Assembly (NCBI GenBank): GCA_964612995.1 | Contig: CAZTGE010000002.1 | Span: 337-64,336, forward strand | DNA length: 64,000 nt | Reading direction: 5' to 3' | Origin: an uncultured candidatus Brocadiaceae bacterium | Lineage (GTDB): Bacteria; Planctomycetota; UBA11346 | Part shown: piece after piece, positions 38,643-47,874 of the stretch | Layout of the letters: the number at the start of each line of letters is the position of its first letter | Position numbering within the stretch: position 1 is the first letter of the stretch | Notes under the pieces: model-generated | What the model was told of the DNA's origin: nothing | Databases searched by the model: none | The model's input: only the letters and a program-made list of their open reading frames with translations | Program-made: the position numbers and the translations under genes

Positions 38643-39106
38643 GGCGATGCCGCGGGCTCGCCCGGCTTCGCGCCCTGGCGCCGATCGCGGTACTCATGCA
38701 GCAGATGGACGCAGAGCACGGTCCCGGCGATCAGCGTGGCGCCGATGGTCGCCCCCCAGCCACCGCTGAACCACAGCGAGGTGAGCGCGATGATCCCACC
38801 AACGATGAGGATCGCCAGGTGGGTCCCATCGCGTTTGTCCGGTTCGTCGACCCAGCTGCGGCCGAAGTGGATGATCAGCAGCGAGAACAGCGCGAGCCCC
38901 AGCAGGTACCAACGGTAGTGGGCGGGGCCGGCGTCGGTGGTCCTTTCGTAGACGATCATTCGCCAGGCACAGGCGAAGCCCATCGCCGCGCCGAGCACCG
39001 CCACCACCTGGCCAGCGGCGACATCGCGTTCGCCTTGTGGCTGGCTGTCCGCGTCCTGCTCGGCGGCCTTGGGGTCGTCTGCCGAATCCTGTGTCGTCGC
39101 GTTCAT
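38627..39106 (-). CDS. Hypothetical membrane protein (159 aa).
   Basis: The ATG at M27 has GGAGG about 7 nt upstream. Three or four TM helices are predicted. It is convergent with the histidine kinase gene and overlaps it by about 16 nt. Confidence 0.35.
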   Translation of the reverse strand: MNATTQDSADDPKAAEQDADSQPQGERDVAAGQVVAVLGAAMGFACAWRMIVYERTTDAGPAHYRWYLLGLALFSLLIIHFGRSWVDEPDKRDGTHLAILIVGGIIALTSLWFSGGWGATIGATLIAGTVLCVHLLHEYRDRRQGAKPGEPAASPQPST

Positions 39107-39392
39107 GCCGGCCTCCGTTGCCTGTCGTTGCCGGGAGCGCAGCGTGGCGGGTGGCGAGCGGTGTGCAACGACGGCTCGGCCCAACTCCGACAGGGCGACC
39201 GGGTGCCGGCGCCGATCTGGTGATCGTCACGCTGCGTCGGAGTCATTCTGGAATCGCGTCGCACCCCGATGTATGACCCCGGGGCTCAACGTGCACTCGC
39301 CACTGGGGTATCACTTGCCACCAGTCAACGCTTCACACCGAACCGTGGGTCCGATCCACGTCACACCAATTCCATCCGGGAGAAACACCATC

Positions 39393-40235
39393 ATGCGCTG
39401 GATGTCCATTTTGTTGCTCACGCCCCTGCTGCTGTTGGCGGCCTTCGCCCCAGTGACGGCTGAAGAGGGCTCCGGCGGGGCCGAGGCCGCTGCTGGCGCA
39501 GCGGCCGAGGAGGACGCCGCGACGGGTCCCCAGAACATCACGGCCGACTCGGAGGCCGAAGAGGAGGCCTTGACCGCCGCTGAGCGCAAAGAGAAGCTCA
39601 ACGAAGGCAATGCTTTCATTCAGCAGATCAAGAACGGCGGCGTGCCGATGGGCTTCCTCATCGCATTGGCGGTGGTCGGCGTGGTCATCATCATCGAGCG
39701 CCTCGCCCGGCTCAATCGCGGCAACATCGCCCCGCCGGAACTGGCTGAGCGGGCTGACGAGATGTGGTCCGCCGGCGACACCGATGGCGTGAAGCAGCTG
39801 GCCGAGAGCGACAACAGCGCGCTGGGTCGGGTGATCGCCTTCCTCGCCGAGAACAAGGACGCCGACTACATCGCGCTCAACGAAGGCGCCGGCGAGGTCG
39901 CCGCGCGTGAAATCCAGAAGCAACAGCAGATGAACTACTGGCTGGCCGTGGTCGCCACCATCTCGCCGCTGCTGGGTCTGCTGGGTACGGTGCTCGGTAT
40001 GATCTCGGCCTTCAAGACGGTGGCTGTGGCCGGCGATATCGGCGACACCTCGATGGTCGCCGAGGGCATCTACATGGCGCTCTCGACCACCGCTGCCGGT
40101 CTGATCATCGCCATCCCCACCCTCGGCTTCTTCCATTATCTCAAAGGCCGCGCCAGCCAGCTCGCACTCGAGCTCGAGGACACCAGCAACCGGCTGATCC
40201 TCAAGTGGTTCGGCAAGGCCAAGGGGGCCGCCTGA
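39393..40235 (+). CDS. exbB: MotA/TolQ/ExbB proton-channel protein with a cleavable signal peptide and an Ala/Glu-rich periplasmic N-terminal extension.
   Basis: The ATG at M109 of ORF 39069.. has GGGAGAAAC upstream. The signal peptide is MRWMSILLLTPLLLLAAFAPVTA. The MotA_ExbB core motif is YWLAVVATISPLLGLLGTVLGMISAF. Confidence 0.8.
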   Translation: MRWMSILLLTPLLLLAAFAPVTAEEGSGGAEAAAGAAAEEDAATGPQNITADSEAEEEALTAAERKEKLNEGNAFIQQIKNGGVPMGFLIALAVVGVVIIIERLARLNRGNIAPPELAERADEMWSAGDTDGVKQLAESDNSALGRVIAFLAENKDADYIALNEGAGEVAAREIQKQQQMNYWLAVVATISPLLGLLGTVLGMISAFKTVAVAGDIGDTSMVAEGIYMALSTTAAGLIIAIPTLGFFHYLKGRASQLALELEDTSNRLILKWFGKAKGAA

Positions 40236-40236
40236 G

Positions 40237-40713
40237 ATGCGGAGCAACCGCGAACCGGACCAGACGCCATTGATCATGATGGAACCGATGATCGACGTCG
40301 TGTTCCTGCTGCTGATCTTCTTCCTCGTCTCGGCCACCATCCGCAAGAAGCACAGCGAACTGCCGCTGGAGCTGCCGCACCTGACCCACGCCGAGACCGA
40401 GAAGGATCCGGACAATACGGTGGTGGTGAGCATCATGCCCACCAGCGGTGGCGGTGGCGGTGGCGGGGTCCACTACCGCTGCACCACCGTGGGCGAGGCG
40501 CTGCGCTCCACCGGCGGCGCCCGTGAGGACGTGACGCTGCAGGAACTGATCACCAAGCTACGGGTCGCGGCCAGGCAGAAACCCGGTCGCAAGGTGCGTA
40601 TCGACGCCGACAGCGCGGTGCCCTATCACATAGTCAGCCAGGTGATCGATCACTGCGAGCTCTATCGTCTGACAACCATCGGTCTGCGGACCCACGACAA
40701 CTTCAGCAGCTGA
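40237..40713 (+). CDS. exbD: ExbD/TolR biopolymer transport protein, copy 1.
   Basis: The TM segment is IMMEPMIDVVFLLLIFFLVSATI. A periplasmic domain follows. The start is 2 nt after the exbB stop. Confidence 0.8.
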   Translation: MRSNREPDQTPLIMMEPMIDVVFLLLIFFLVSATIRKKHSELPLELPHLTHAETEKDPDNTVVVSIMPTSGGGGGGGVHYRCTTVGEALRSTGGAREDVTLQELITKLRVAARQKPGRKVRIDADSAVPYHIVSQVIDHCELYRLTTIGLRTHDNFSS

Positions 40714-40750
40714 ATCGGGGCCGGGCCCGGCCCGGCGCGGAGACAACGCC

Positions 40751-41221
40751 ATGCGCAGCAAGCACAAGGAAGACGAGTCGCCCGGCATCATGATGGAGCC
40801 GATGATCGACTGCGTCTTCCTGCTCCTGATCTTCTTTCTGGTCGCCGCGACCATCCGCAAGAAGCACAAGGAGATCCCCGTCGACCTGCCGACCTTCGGC
40901 AATACTGCCGAGGCACCGGTCGGGGAAGCGGACAAGCCACCGCTGTACCTGCGGGTCAGCGGTATCGAGGCCGACGACACCGGTCGGGTCACCGACGTAG
41001 GCCTGTTCCTGCGCGAGGGCGTGGCCGTCGGTGAGCTCGGACCGGGGCGTCAGGTCGGTTATCACGATCTGGCCGGCGAGATCGGTCCGCAGCGCCCGGT
41101 ATTCATAGAGGTCTTCGGCGATGTCCGGTACGGTCACGTGATGAAGATCATCGGTCTGCTCCAACTCCATGACCACAAGGTGCTCGGGCTGCGGGTGGCC
41201 AACCCCCACAACCCGGCCTGA
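40751..41221 (+). CDS. exbD: ExbD/TolR biopolymer transport protein, copy 2.
   Basis: The TM segment is IMMEPMIDCVFLLLIFFLVAATI and the C-terminal region contains FIEVFGDVRYGHVMKIIGLL. Confidence 0.8.
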   Translation: MRSKHKEDESPGIMMEPMIDCVFLLLIFFLVAATIRKKHKEIPVDLPTFGNTAEAPVGEADKPPLYLRVSGIEADDTGRVTDVGLFLREGVAVGELGPGRQVGYHDLAGEIGPQRPVFIEVFGDVRYGHVMKIIGLLQLHDHKVLGLRVANPHNPA

Positions 41222-41241
41222 ATGGAACGAAGGGACGCACC

Positions 41242-42534
41242 ATGGTAGCACACTCCAAGAACTACAGCGGCCTGCTGATGCCCCTGGCCGTGGTCGCGGT
41301 CAGCGCCCTGGTCATCTGGGGTTTCGGCGGCGGCGATGGCTCCGGCTTCGCCATCTCGGCCGGCGACATCGATGACATCGTCAAGCGTATCCGCGACACC
41401 ACCCGCGAACGGTGGCTCGAGAAGACGCGCGACCTGATCAGCATGACGCGGCGGATCGACCAGATCCGCGACAAACGCTTCGCCGATATCCGTGAGGGGG
41501 TGCAGGGCGAGAGCTACCTCGAGCGCTTCATCCAGCTCGCGCGTGAGAAGCACGCGCCGATCGACGCCGGACTGTACGAGCGGATCGACGAACCCGGCGT
41601 GCCGCTGTCGGTGGTCTTCGAGGCGACCAAGGCGGCCGAGCTGCAGCTGACCAACAGCTATCGCGATATCCGCGGCGCGCTCAACGCCATCCGGCTCGAG
41701 GTGCCGGCGATCGACGCCATCGGCTGGGTCAAGGTGGTCCAGCCACGACGGATCACGCTCGCGGCCGACGGGATCGATAACGACTCCGTCCGCAGTCAGG
41801 ATGCGCTCGAGACCTTCAAGCACGAGGTCAACCGCGGCGCGTCCGAGATCGACGCCATGCTGCAGCACGCTGAGAAGATCGTCGAGAAGGCCGAGGAGGC
41901 CGACGAGGGCGGCGGCGGCGGCGCCGGCGTTCCAATGATCAGTGATACCGGTTTCGGCAGTACGCGCGGCGCGACCCTGCGTCCGGACGAGCTCTTCGAA
42001 TCGCGTAGCACATCCGATGGCGGCTTCGACGCCCGCCCTGGCCGGGTGGTGGCCGACGACGGCCGGCGCCAGGACTGGATGTACGTCGACAAGTGGTACG
42101 TCATGGGCCCGTTCGAGAACCGCTTCCGCTCCAACCTCGATGCCTCCTTCCTGCCCGAGACGGTGGTCGATCTCGACAACGTCACCCTGGGCAAGGACGA
42201 CCGCGAGATCGGCTGGAAATACTGGGACTGCAAGGCCCAGCGGATCGAGCCGAGCTGGGCCCCGCGTGGCTGCATCTACTACGGCTGGACCGAAGTCTAC
42301 ATGGAGGACGCCGCCAAGTACTGGGTCGCGCTGGGCAGCGACGACTACGGCAAGGTGTGGATCAACGGCAAGGAGGTCTGGAAGTCGGACACGGTGCCCA
42401 AGCCCTACCGCGCCGACGAGCATGTGGCCGAATTCGAGTTCAAGCAGGGCGTCAACGAAATCCTGTTCCGCTGCGAGAACAACGGTGGCACCATGGGCTG
42501 GTCGATGGTGATCTGCACCATGGCCAACCAGTAG
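41242..42534 (+). CDS. Bitopic inner-membrane protein (paralog A): an N-terminal TM anchor, a helical periplasmic region, a Gly-rich linker and a C-terminal jelly-roll domain of about 150 aa (GH2-N/PA14-like).
   Basis: The TM segment is SGLLMPLAVVAVSALVIWGF. The C-terminal domain is DWMYVDKWYVMGPFEN...DDYGKVWINGKEVWKSD...ILFRCENNGGTMGWSM. The RBS context is GAAGGGAC. The start lies 21 nt after exbD2. Confidence 0.6.
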   Translation: MVAHSKNYSGLLMPLAVVAVSALVIWGFGGGDGSGFAISAGDIDDIVKRIRDTTRERWLEKTRDLISMTRRIDQIRDKRFADIREGVQGESYLERFIQLAREKHAPIDAGLYERIDEPGVPLSVVFEATKAAELQLTNSYRDIRGALNAIRLEVPAIDAIGWVKVVQPRRITLAADGIDNDSVRSQDALETFKHEVNRGASEIDAMLQHAEKIVEKAEEADEGGGGGAGVPMISDTGFGSTRGATLRPDELFESRSTSDGGFDARPGRVVADDGRRQDWMYVDKWYVMGPFENRFRSNLDASFLPETVVDLDNVTLGKDDREIGWKYWDCKAQRIEPSWAPRGCIYYGWTEVYMEDAAKYWVALGSDDYGKVWINGKEVWKSDTVPKPYRADEHVAEFEFKQGVNEILFRCENNGGTMGWSMVICTMANQ

Positions 42535-42629
42535 CGCGACGTTGCTGGCCGGCGCGATCGCGCGACACCCGGATCAGGCGCGGCCGAACGCCTTCATCAC
42601 GGCCTGAATCTCCGTACGAAGGGACGTCC

Positions 42630-43925
42630 ATGGCAACCAGCTCGAACAACCACAGTGGGCTGTTGATGCCCCTGGCGGTTGTCACGGTCAGCGCCTTGGT
42701 CATCTGGGGCTTCAGCGGCGGCGACAGCTCCGGGTTCGCCATCTCGCCGGGCGACATCGACGAGGTCGTCAAACGTATCCGCGACACCAAGCGCGAACAG
42801 TGGCTCGCGCAGACCCACGATCTGATCGGCATGACGCGGCGGATCGACCAGGTCCGGGACAAGCGCTTCGCCGAGATCCGTGAGGGGGCACAGGGCGAGA
42901 GCTACCTGGAGCATTTCATCCAGCTCGCGCGCGAGAAGCATGCCCCCGTCGAGGCCGGGCTGTTCGAGCGCATCGACGATCCCGACGTGCCGCTGTCGGT
43001 GGTGTTCGAGGCGGCCAAGGCGGCAGAGCTGCATCTGACCAACAGCTACCGCGACATCCGCGGGGCGCTCACCGCCATCCGGCTCGAGGTGCCAGCGATC
43101 GATGCCATCCGCTGGATCAAGGTGGTCCGGCCACGGCGGATCACACTCGTGGCTGGCGACATCGACAGCGACTCGATCCGTGGGCAGGATGCGCTCGAGG
43201 CCTTCAAGCACGAAGTCAACCGCGGCGCGTCCGAAATCGACGCCATGCTGCAACACGCAGAGAAGATCGTCGAGAAGGCCGAGGCGGTCGACCGGCACGG
43301 TGGCGGTGGCGACCATGTCCCGCTGATCAGCGAAGCCGGTTTCGACAGCACGCGCGGCCCGACCCTGCGCCCGGACGAGACCACCAGTGCACATCGCGGC
43401 ACCGCCGACGGTGGCTTCGACGCCCGCCCCGGCCGGGTGGTGGCTGACGACGGCCGGCGCCAAGACTGGATGTACGTCGACAAGTGGTACGTCATGGGCC
43501 CGTTCGAGAACCGCTTCCGCTCCAACCTCGATGCCTCCTTCCTGCCCGAGACGGTGGTCGATCTCGACAACGTCACCCTGGGCAAGGACGACCGCGAGAT
43601 CGGCTGGAAATACTGGGACTGCAAGGCCCAGCGGATCGAGCCGAGCTGGGCCCCGCGTGGCTGCATCTACTACGGCTGGACCGAAGTCTACATGGAGGAC
43701 GCCGCCAAGTACTGGGTCGCGCTGGGCAGCGACGACTACGGCAAGGTGTGGATCAACGGCAAGGAGGTCTGGAAGTCCGATACGGTGCCCAAGCCTTACC
43801 GCGCCGACGAGTACGTGGGCGAATTCGAATTCAGACAGGGCGCCAACGAGGTCCTGTTCCGCTGTGAGAACAACGGCGGTACCATGGGGTGGTCGATGGT
43901 AATCTGCACCATGGCCAGCCAGTAA
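42630..43925 (+). CDS. Bitopic inner-membrane protein (paralog B), about 88% identical to paralog A.
   Basis: The ATG at 42630 has the same GAAGGGAC RBS context. The architecture is the same as paralog A. A 314-nt tract is identical to paralog A. Confidence 0.6.
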   Translation: MATSSNNHSGLLMPLAVVTVSALVIWGFSGGDSSGFAISPGDIDEVVKRIRDTKREQWLAQTHDLIGMTRRIDQVRDKRFAEIREGAQGESYLEHFIQLAREKHAPVEAGLFERIDDPDVPLSVVFEAAKAAELHLTNSYRDIRGALTAIRLEVPAIDAIRWIKVVRPRRITLVAGDIDSDSIRGQDALEAFKHEVNRGASEIDAMLQHAEKIVEKAEAVDRHGGGGDHVPLISEAGFDSTRGPTLRPDETTSAHRGTADGGFDARPGRVVADDGRRQDWMYVDKWYVMGPFENRFRSNLDASFLPETVVDLDNVTLGKDDREIGWKYWDCKAQRIEPSWAPRGCIYYGWTEVYMEDAAKYWVALGSDDYGKVWINGKEVWKSDTVPKPYRADEYVGEFEFRQGANEVLFRCENNGGTMGWSMVICTMASQ

Positions 43926-44023
43926 TCCGTATCGCGTCCGGTCCGCGCATGGGCACCGTTCACTCCGCCCCGTGTTGCGCGATCGTTCGCGCGTTTTCAA
44001 CGACCACGGTTCCGGGAGGACCC

Positions 44024-46444
44024 ATGCTTCGTCATCATCTCGCCATCGGCATCCTCTGTATCGCCGCCAGCCTGCCCGGCGCGGACGGGCCACTCGCCCA
44101 CACCGCAGCCCTGCGAGTATGGCAGGATCTGCCCTCGGAGTTCCTGATCGAACTCAACCGCACCCTCGACGACGAACAACGACTGGCGTGGTACGTCGAC
44201 CCGGCGAGCGAGACCGCGGCCTACCCCGGCGCCACCCTGCCCGATGAGACCCGCAGCCTTGCAGATCACATAGAGCGCTACTGCGAGCAGGCCGGCCTGG
44301 AGTGGAAGCACGACGGCCGGGCACTGTGGCTCTATCGCCCGATGGCAGAAGCCGAGCAGAACGCACTCATCGAGCGGTTCCGCACCGGCGAGGAGGACGC
44401 ACGCGTCGCCGCTCGCAACGCGCTGTTGGCGCATCCCACGCCGGCGGGGATCGAAGCGCTGTTGCTCGCGCTCGGCGGCGAGGATGCCACCGCGGCACGG
44501 CTCGCGCACGAGGGGATCTACTCGCTGCTCGGCGCGAGCAACGAGTGGGTCGGCAGCGACATCCGCCTCGCCTTCAAGCTGTTCTCGGATCCCAACCGGG
44601 TGCTCAACACCCTCGCCGGTTTCTCGCAGACCGATACCGACCTGCCCGCGCCCTGGGCGATGTTCGAGATCGTCGGCCGCGACCCGACGGTGCGCACCGC
44701 GATCGAGGCCGCCGTCGCCGCGCGCGATGGCGATCAGGCTGGGCGCGACCTCGGCCTGGCGGTGGTCGCCGCTGCGGCGCGGGTCGCATCGGGCGCCGAT
44801 CTGCTCGCGTGGTGGCAGCAGCACCCCGGTGGCGACTGGCAGTGGCGCTACGTGCGTGGGCGAGCGCTCAACGCTGCGCGGTGGGCCGGCTATATCGATG
44901 CCGCCGAAGTCGTTGATCCGGCAGCGGTCGCCAAGGCCTTCGATAACGCGATGGGTGCGGTGCCGGCGATCGACGATCAGCTCTCCGAGCGCAAGCTCGA
45001 CAAGCAGACCCGCAGAGACCTCGAAGATCGGGTCGATGCGCTCTTCAGCGCGATCAAGGCCACCGCCGCTCCGGCGGTGGCGCGCAAGCTCGCCGCGGTG
45101 GCGGCCAACGCGGAGTTGCACCAGCAGATCCGTCAGGCCGCGCTCGCGGCCCTGCACGGTGTCGACGACACGGCGACGATGGAGCGGCTGGTCGCGCTGC
45201 GCAGCACGGTCGAGGACCGCCAGCTGGCCAAGGCGATCGATCGCACCCTCGCCGCCTCGGACAGCCCGGTGGCGATCGCTGATCTGAGCCAGCGTGCCCT
45301 GGCACAGATCCAGGCCACCAACACGGCCTGGCGTGCGAAGAGCGATGCGATCGCCGAGAAGCGCAAGACGGCGGAATCCTTGGGCGAGGCCGGGGAGCTG
45401 GCACCGCCGCAGCGCAAGCAGCTCAAGCAGCTGGGCAAGGACATCGATCATCTCAACAACGACATGCAGAAGCTGCTCAAGGAGGCGCGCGAGACGGTGC
45501 AGGAGCTCGGCGAGCTGCGCGGCACGGCCGCGGTCACCGCGCTGGGTACGGTGCTGGTCGACGCGCAGATGCATCAGGAACTGCGCAAGAGCGCCGCCGA
45601 GGCGCTGATCGTCAAGCGCGATCCGGCGATGGTCGAGCCGCTGATCGCCGCCTTCACCGACGATGAATGGGCCGCGGTGCGCAAGGTCGCGGCCGAGGCG
45701 CTCGGCCGCTGTCGCCAGCCGGAGGCGATCGCCGCACTGCGTTCGGGCCTGACCGGGGCCAAGAGCCCGCTGACGCGTCAGGCCGCCGCCCGTGGGCTGG
45801 CCATGTCGCGCCACCCGGAGGCCTACGCCCTGATCAAGCAGCGCCTCTCCACGGCCGGGACCTCGCGCGAACGGATCATGCTGATCCTGTCGCTGGCGGC
45901 CACGCGCGATCCGGCCGCACTGGAGACCCTGACCGGTATCCTCCAGGACGCCACCGCGGCCCTCGACGACCGCCTGGGTGCCGCGCGCGCGCTGGCGCTG
46001 ATTCCGACCCAGGGCGCCCGCGACGCCCTGACCGGGATTATGGCCGGCGATCAGCCGATTGAGCTCAAACGCATGACCCTGGACAGCCTCAAGCCGATGA
46101 GCAAGGCCGACGTGCCGGTGTTCGCTCCGATCCTGCTCGAGGTCCTGGCCGCACGGCCGCAGGGCGAGCTGCTGGTCATGGCGGTCGAGAATCTGCGCCG
46201 CTGCATGTTCGGCCTGCCTGGTGGCGATCCGATCAAGGCCGAGATCGAGGCCGCGATCCTCGACCTGATCGCCGGATCGGACAACAACAACGCGCGCAAG
46301 GCCGCGCTCAATGTGTTCAAATACAGCGACGATCCCGCGGGTGTGGTCGCGCGTCTGGAGACGGTGGCGCAGCGGGAACGCAATCCGGTGATGCGCTCCT
46401 TCCTCAACCGGGCGGTCGCCCAGCTCAAGGCGACGGGGCAGTGA
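44024..46444 (+). CDS. Secreted HEAT/PBS-lyase-repeat protein (806 aa).
   Basis: The ATG at 44024 has GGGAGGA upstream. The signal peptide is MLRHHLAIGILCIAASLPGADG. Repeated helical-repeat units of the form PEAIAALRSGLTGAKSPLTRQAAARGLAM are present. The stop is adjacent to the convergent hisS. Confidence 0.6.
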   Translation: MLRHHLAIGILCIAASLPGADGPLAHTAALRVWQDLPSEFLIELNRTLDDEQRLAWYVDPASETAAYPGATLPDETRSLADHIERYCEQAGLEWKHDGRALWLYRPMAEAEQNALIERFRTGEEDARVAARNALLAHPTPAGIEALLLALGGEDATAARLAHEGIYSLLGASNEWVGSDIRLAFKLFSDPNRVLNTLAGFSQTDTDLPAPWAMFEIVGRDPTVRTAIEAAVAARDGDQAGRDLGLAVVAAAARVASGADLLAWWQQHPGGDWQWRYVRGRALNAARWAGYIDAAEVVDPAAVAKAFDNAMGAVPAIDDQLSERKLDKQTRRDLEDRVDALFSAIKATAAPAVARKLAAVAANAELHQQIRQAALAALHGVDDTATMERLVALRSTVEDRQLAKAIDRTLAASDSPVAIADLSQRALAQIQATNTAWRAKSDAIAEKRKTAESLGEAGELAPPQRKQLKQLGKDIDHLNNDMQKLLKEARETVQELGELRGTAAVTALGTVLVDAQMHQELRKSAAEALIVKRDPAMVEPLIAAFTDDEWAAVRKVAAEALGRCRQPEAIAALRSGLTGAKSPLTRQAAARGLAMSRHPEAYALIKQRLSTAGTSRERIMLILSLAATRDPAALETLTGILQDATAALDDRLGAARALALIPTQGARDALTGIMAGDQPIELKRMTLDSLKPMSKADVPVFAPILLEVLAARPQGELLVMAVENLRRCMFGLPGGDPIKAEIEAAILDLIAGSDNNNARKAALNVFKYSDDPAGVVARLETVAQRERNPVMRSFLNRAVAQLKATGQ

Positions 46445-47725
46445 TCAGACCGTGGTGAGCGCGAGTTCCTCCTCGTCGCGCTCGCCGACCCGGCGGCGTT
46501 TGCACATCCCGCGCGCGAGTTCGTCGTCGCCGATGATGTAACAGTATTCTGCGCGGTCCTGCTCGGCGGCCTTGATCACGTGCTTGAAGCGACGGCAGGA
46601 GTAGTCGACCACCACCCGCCGGCCGCGCGCGCGCAGCGTGGCGGCGATGCGGTTGGCCGCGAGGAACTGCGCTTGCTGCATCGGGAATACCACATCATCG
46701 ACAGCCCGCGCGGGCGCGGGCAGCAGTCCATGCTCCGCGAGCAGGTCGAGAATCACCACGTCACCGAAGCCGAAGCCGACCATCGGCACAGCCCGCCCGC
46801 CGAGGGTCGCCATCAGCGCATCGTAGCGTCCGCCGCCGGCGATCGCGCGCATCGAGCCGCTGGTCGCGAACAGCTCCCAGACCACGCCGGTGTAGTAGGA
46901 CAGGCCGCGGACCACCGAGAGGTCGATCTCCAGCAGGTGGCCGAAGCCAGCCGCCGCGGCCAGCTCGCCGAGTTCGCGCAGCTCGTCGATTCCCGGCAGC
47001 TCGTCGCCCAACCGGGCGACGAGCGCATCGAGCCCGCGCAGCTCGAGCAGGTCGAGCACCCGCTCGGTGGTGGGCGTGGCAACGCCGGTGGCCACCAGCT
47101 GCTCGGCGGTGGCGTCGCGGCCGATCTTGTCGCGCTTGTCGATGATCACGCAAACGGCGGCGAAATCCTCGCCGGTCACGCCTTCGCGTTCGAGCACGCC
47201 CTGGAGGATGCGGCGGTTGGATACCCGGATGCGTACAGCCGGGTCGCCGTCGAGGTCCAGCCCGGTGCGGCGGAGGAAAGCGATCTGGGCCGCCATCAGC
47301 TCGGCCTCGGCGGCGACGTGGGCCAGGCCGACCACGTCCATGTTCCATTGGAAGTGCTCGCGCTTGCGCCCCTTCTGCATCCGCTCGTAACGGAAACACT
47401 GGGGGATGGCGTACCAGCGTAGTGGCAGCGCGAGCGAGCCCGCACGCGCCATGACCATCCGCGCGAGGCTCGGGGTCATCTCCGGGCGCAATGCCACCTG
47501 ACGCCCGCCCTTGTCGGTGAAATTGTACAGTTGGCCGGTGATCTCGTCACCCGCTTTGCGGGTGTAGAGCTCCTCGTGTTCGAGGACGCAGGCATCGTAT
47601 TCGACGTAGCCGAACGCGGCCGCGACCTCGCGCCACTGCGCGAACAGCCAGCTGCGCACGGCCAGGTCTTCGGGATAGAAATCGCGGGTGCCCTTGACCG
47701 CTTGGGTGCTGATGCCCTCGCCCAT
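46445..47725 (-). CDS. hisS: Histidine--tRNA ligase.
   Basis: Class II motifs are VKGTRDFYPED, LRPEMTPSLARM and RWYAIPQCFRYER. The ORF was trimmed to M25. Confidence 0.9.
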   Translation of the reverse strand: MGEGISTQAVKGTRDFYPEDLAVRSWLFAQWREVAAAFGYVEYDACVLEHEELYTRKAGDEITGQLYNFTDKGGRQVALRPEMTPSLARMVMARAGSLALPLRWYAIPQCFRYERMQKGRKREHFQWNMDVVGLAHVAAEAELMAAQIAFLRRTGLDLDGDPAVRIRVSNRRILQGVLEREGVTGEDFAAVCVIIDKRDKIGRDATAEQLVATGVATPTTERVLDLLELRGLDALVARLGDELPGIDELRELGELAAAAGFGHLLEIDLSVVRGLSYYTGVVWELFATSGSMRAIAGGGRYDALMATLGGRAVPMVGFGFGDVVILDLLAEHGLLPAPARAVDDVVFPMQQAQFLAANRIAATLRARGRRVVVDYSCRRFKHVIKAAEQDRAEYCYIIGDDELARGMCKRRRVGERDEEELALTTV

Positions 47726-47874
47726 GGCGCGTCTCCCTCTGCTGTGGCCGGCGTCTGGCGCCGGCGCAGCATCCTCATCGCGCACGCAGGCGGGCAAGCG
47801 GTTGTCGGCCGGGCGCGATGGGCTCTGGCCTATCGTGGCCTGGCCGCTAGCTTGCAGCCCGTATCGGAGGACCT

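Noticed and set aside
39106-46444. A tonB, tolA, tolB or pal gene, or a TonB-dependent receptor, accompanying exbB-exbD-exbD.
   Set aside because: No Pro-rich-spacer TonB C-terminal domain, TolB beta-propeller, Pal or 22-strand TonB-dependent receptor plug signature is present in or next to the operon. This absence forms part of the novelty argument.
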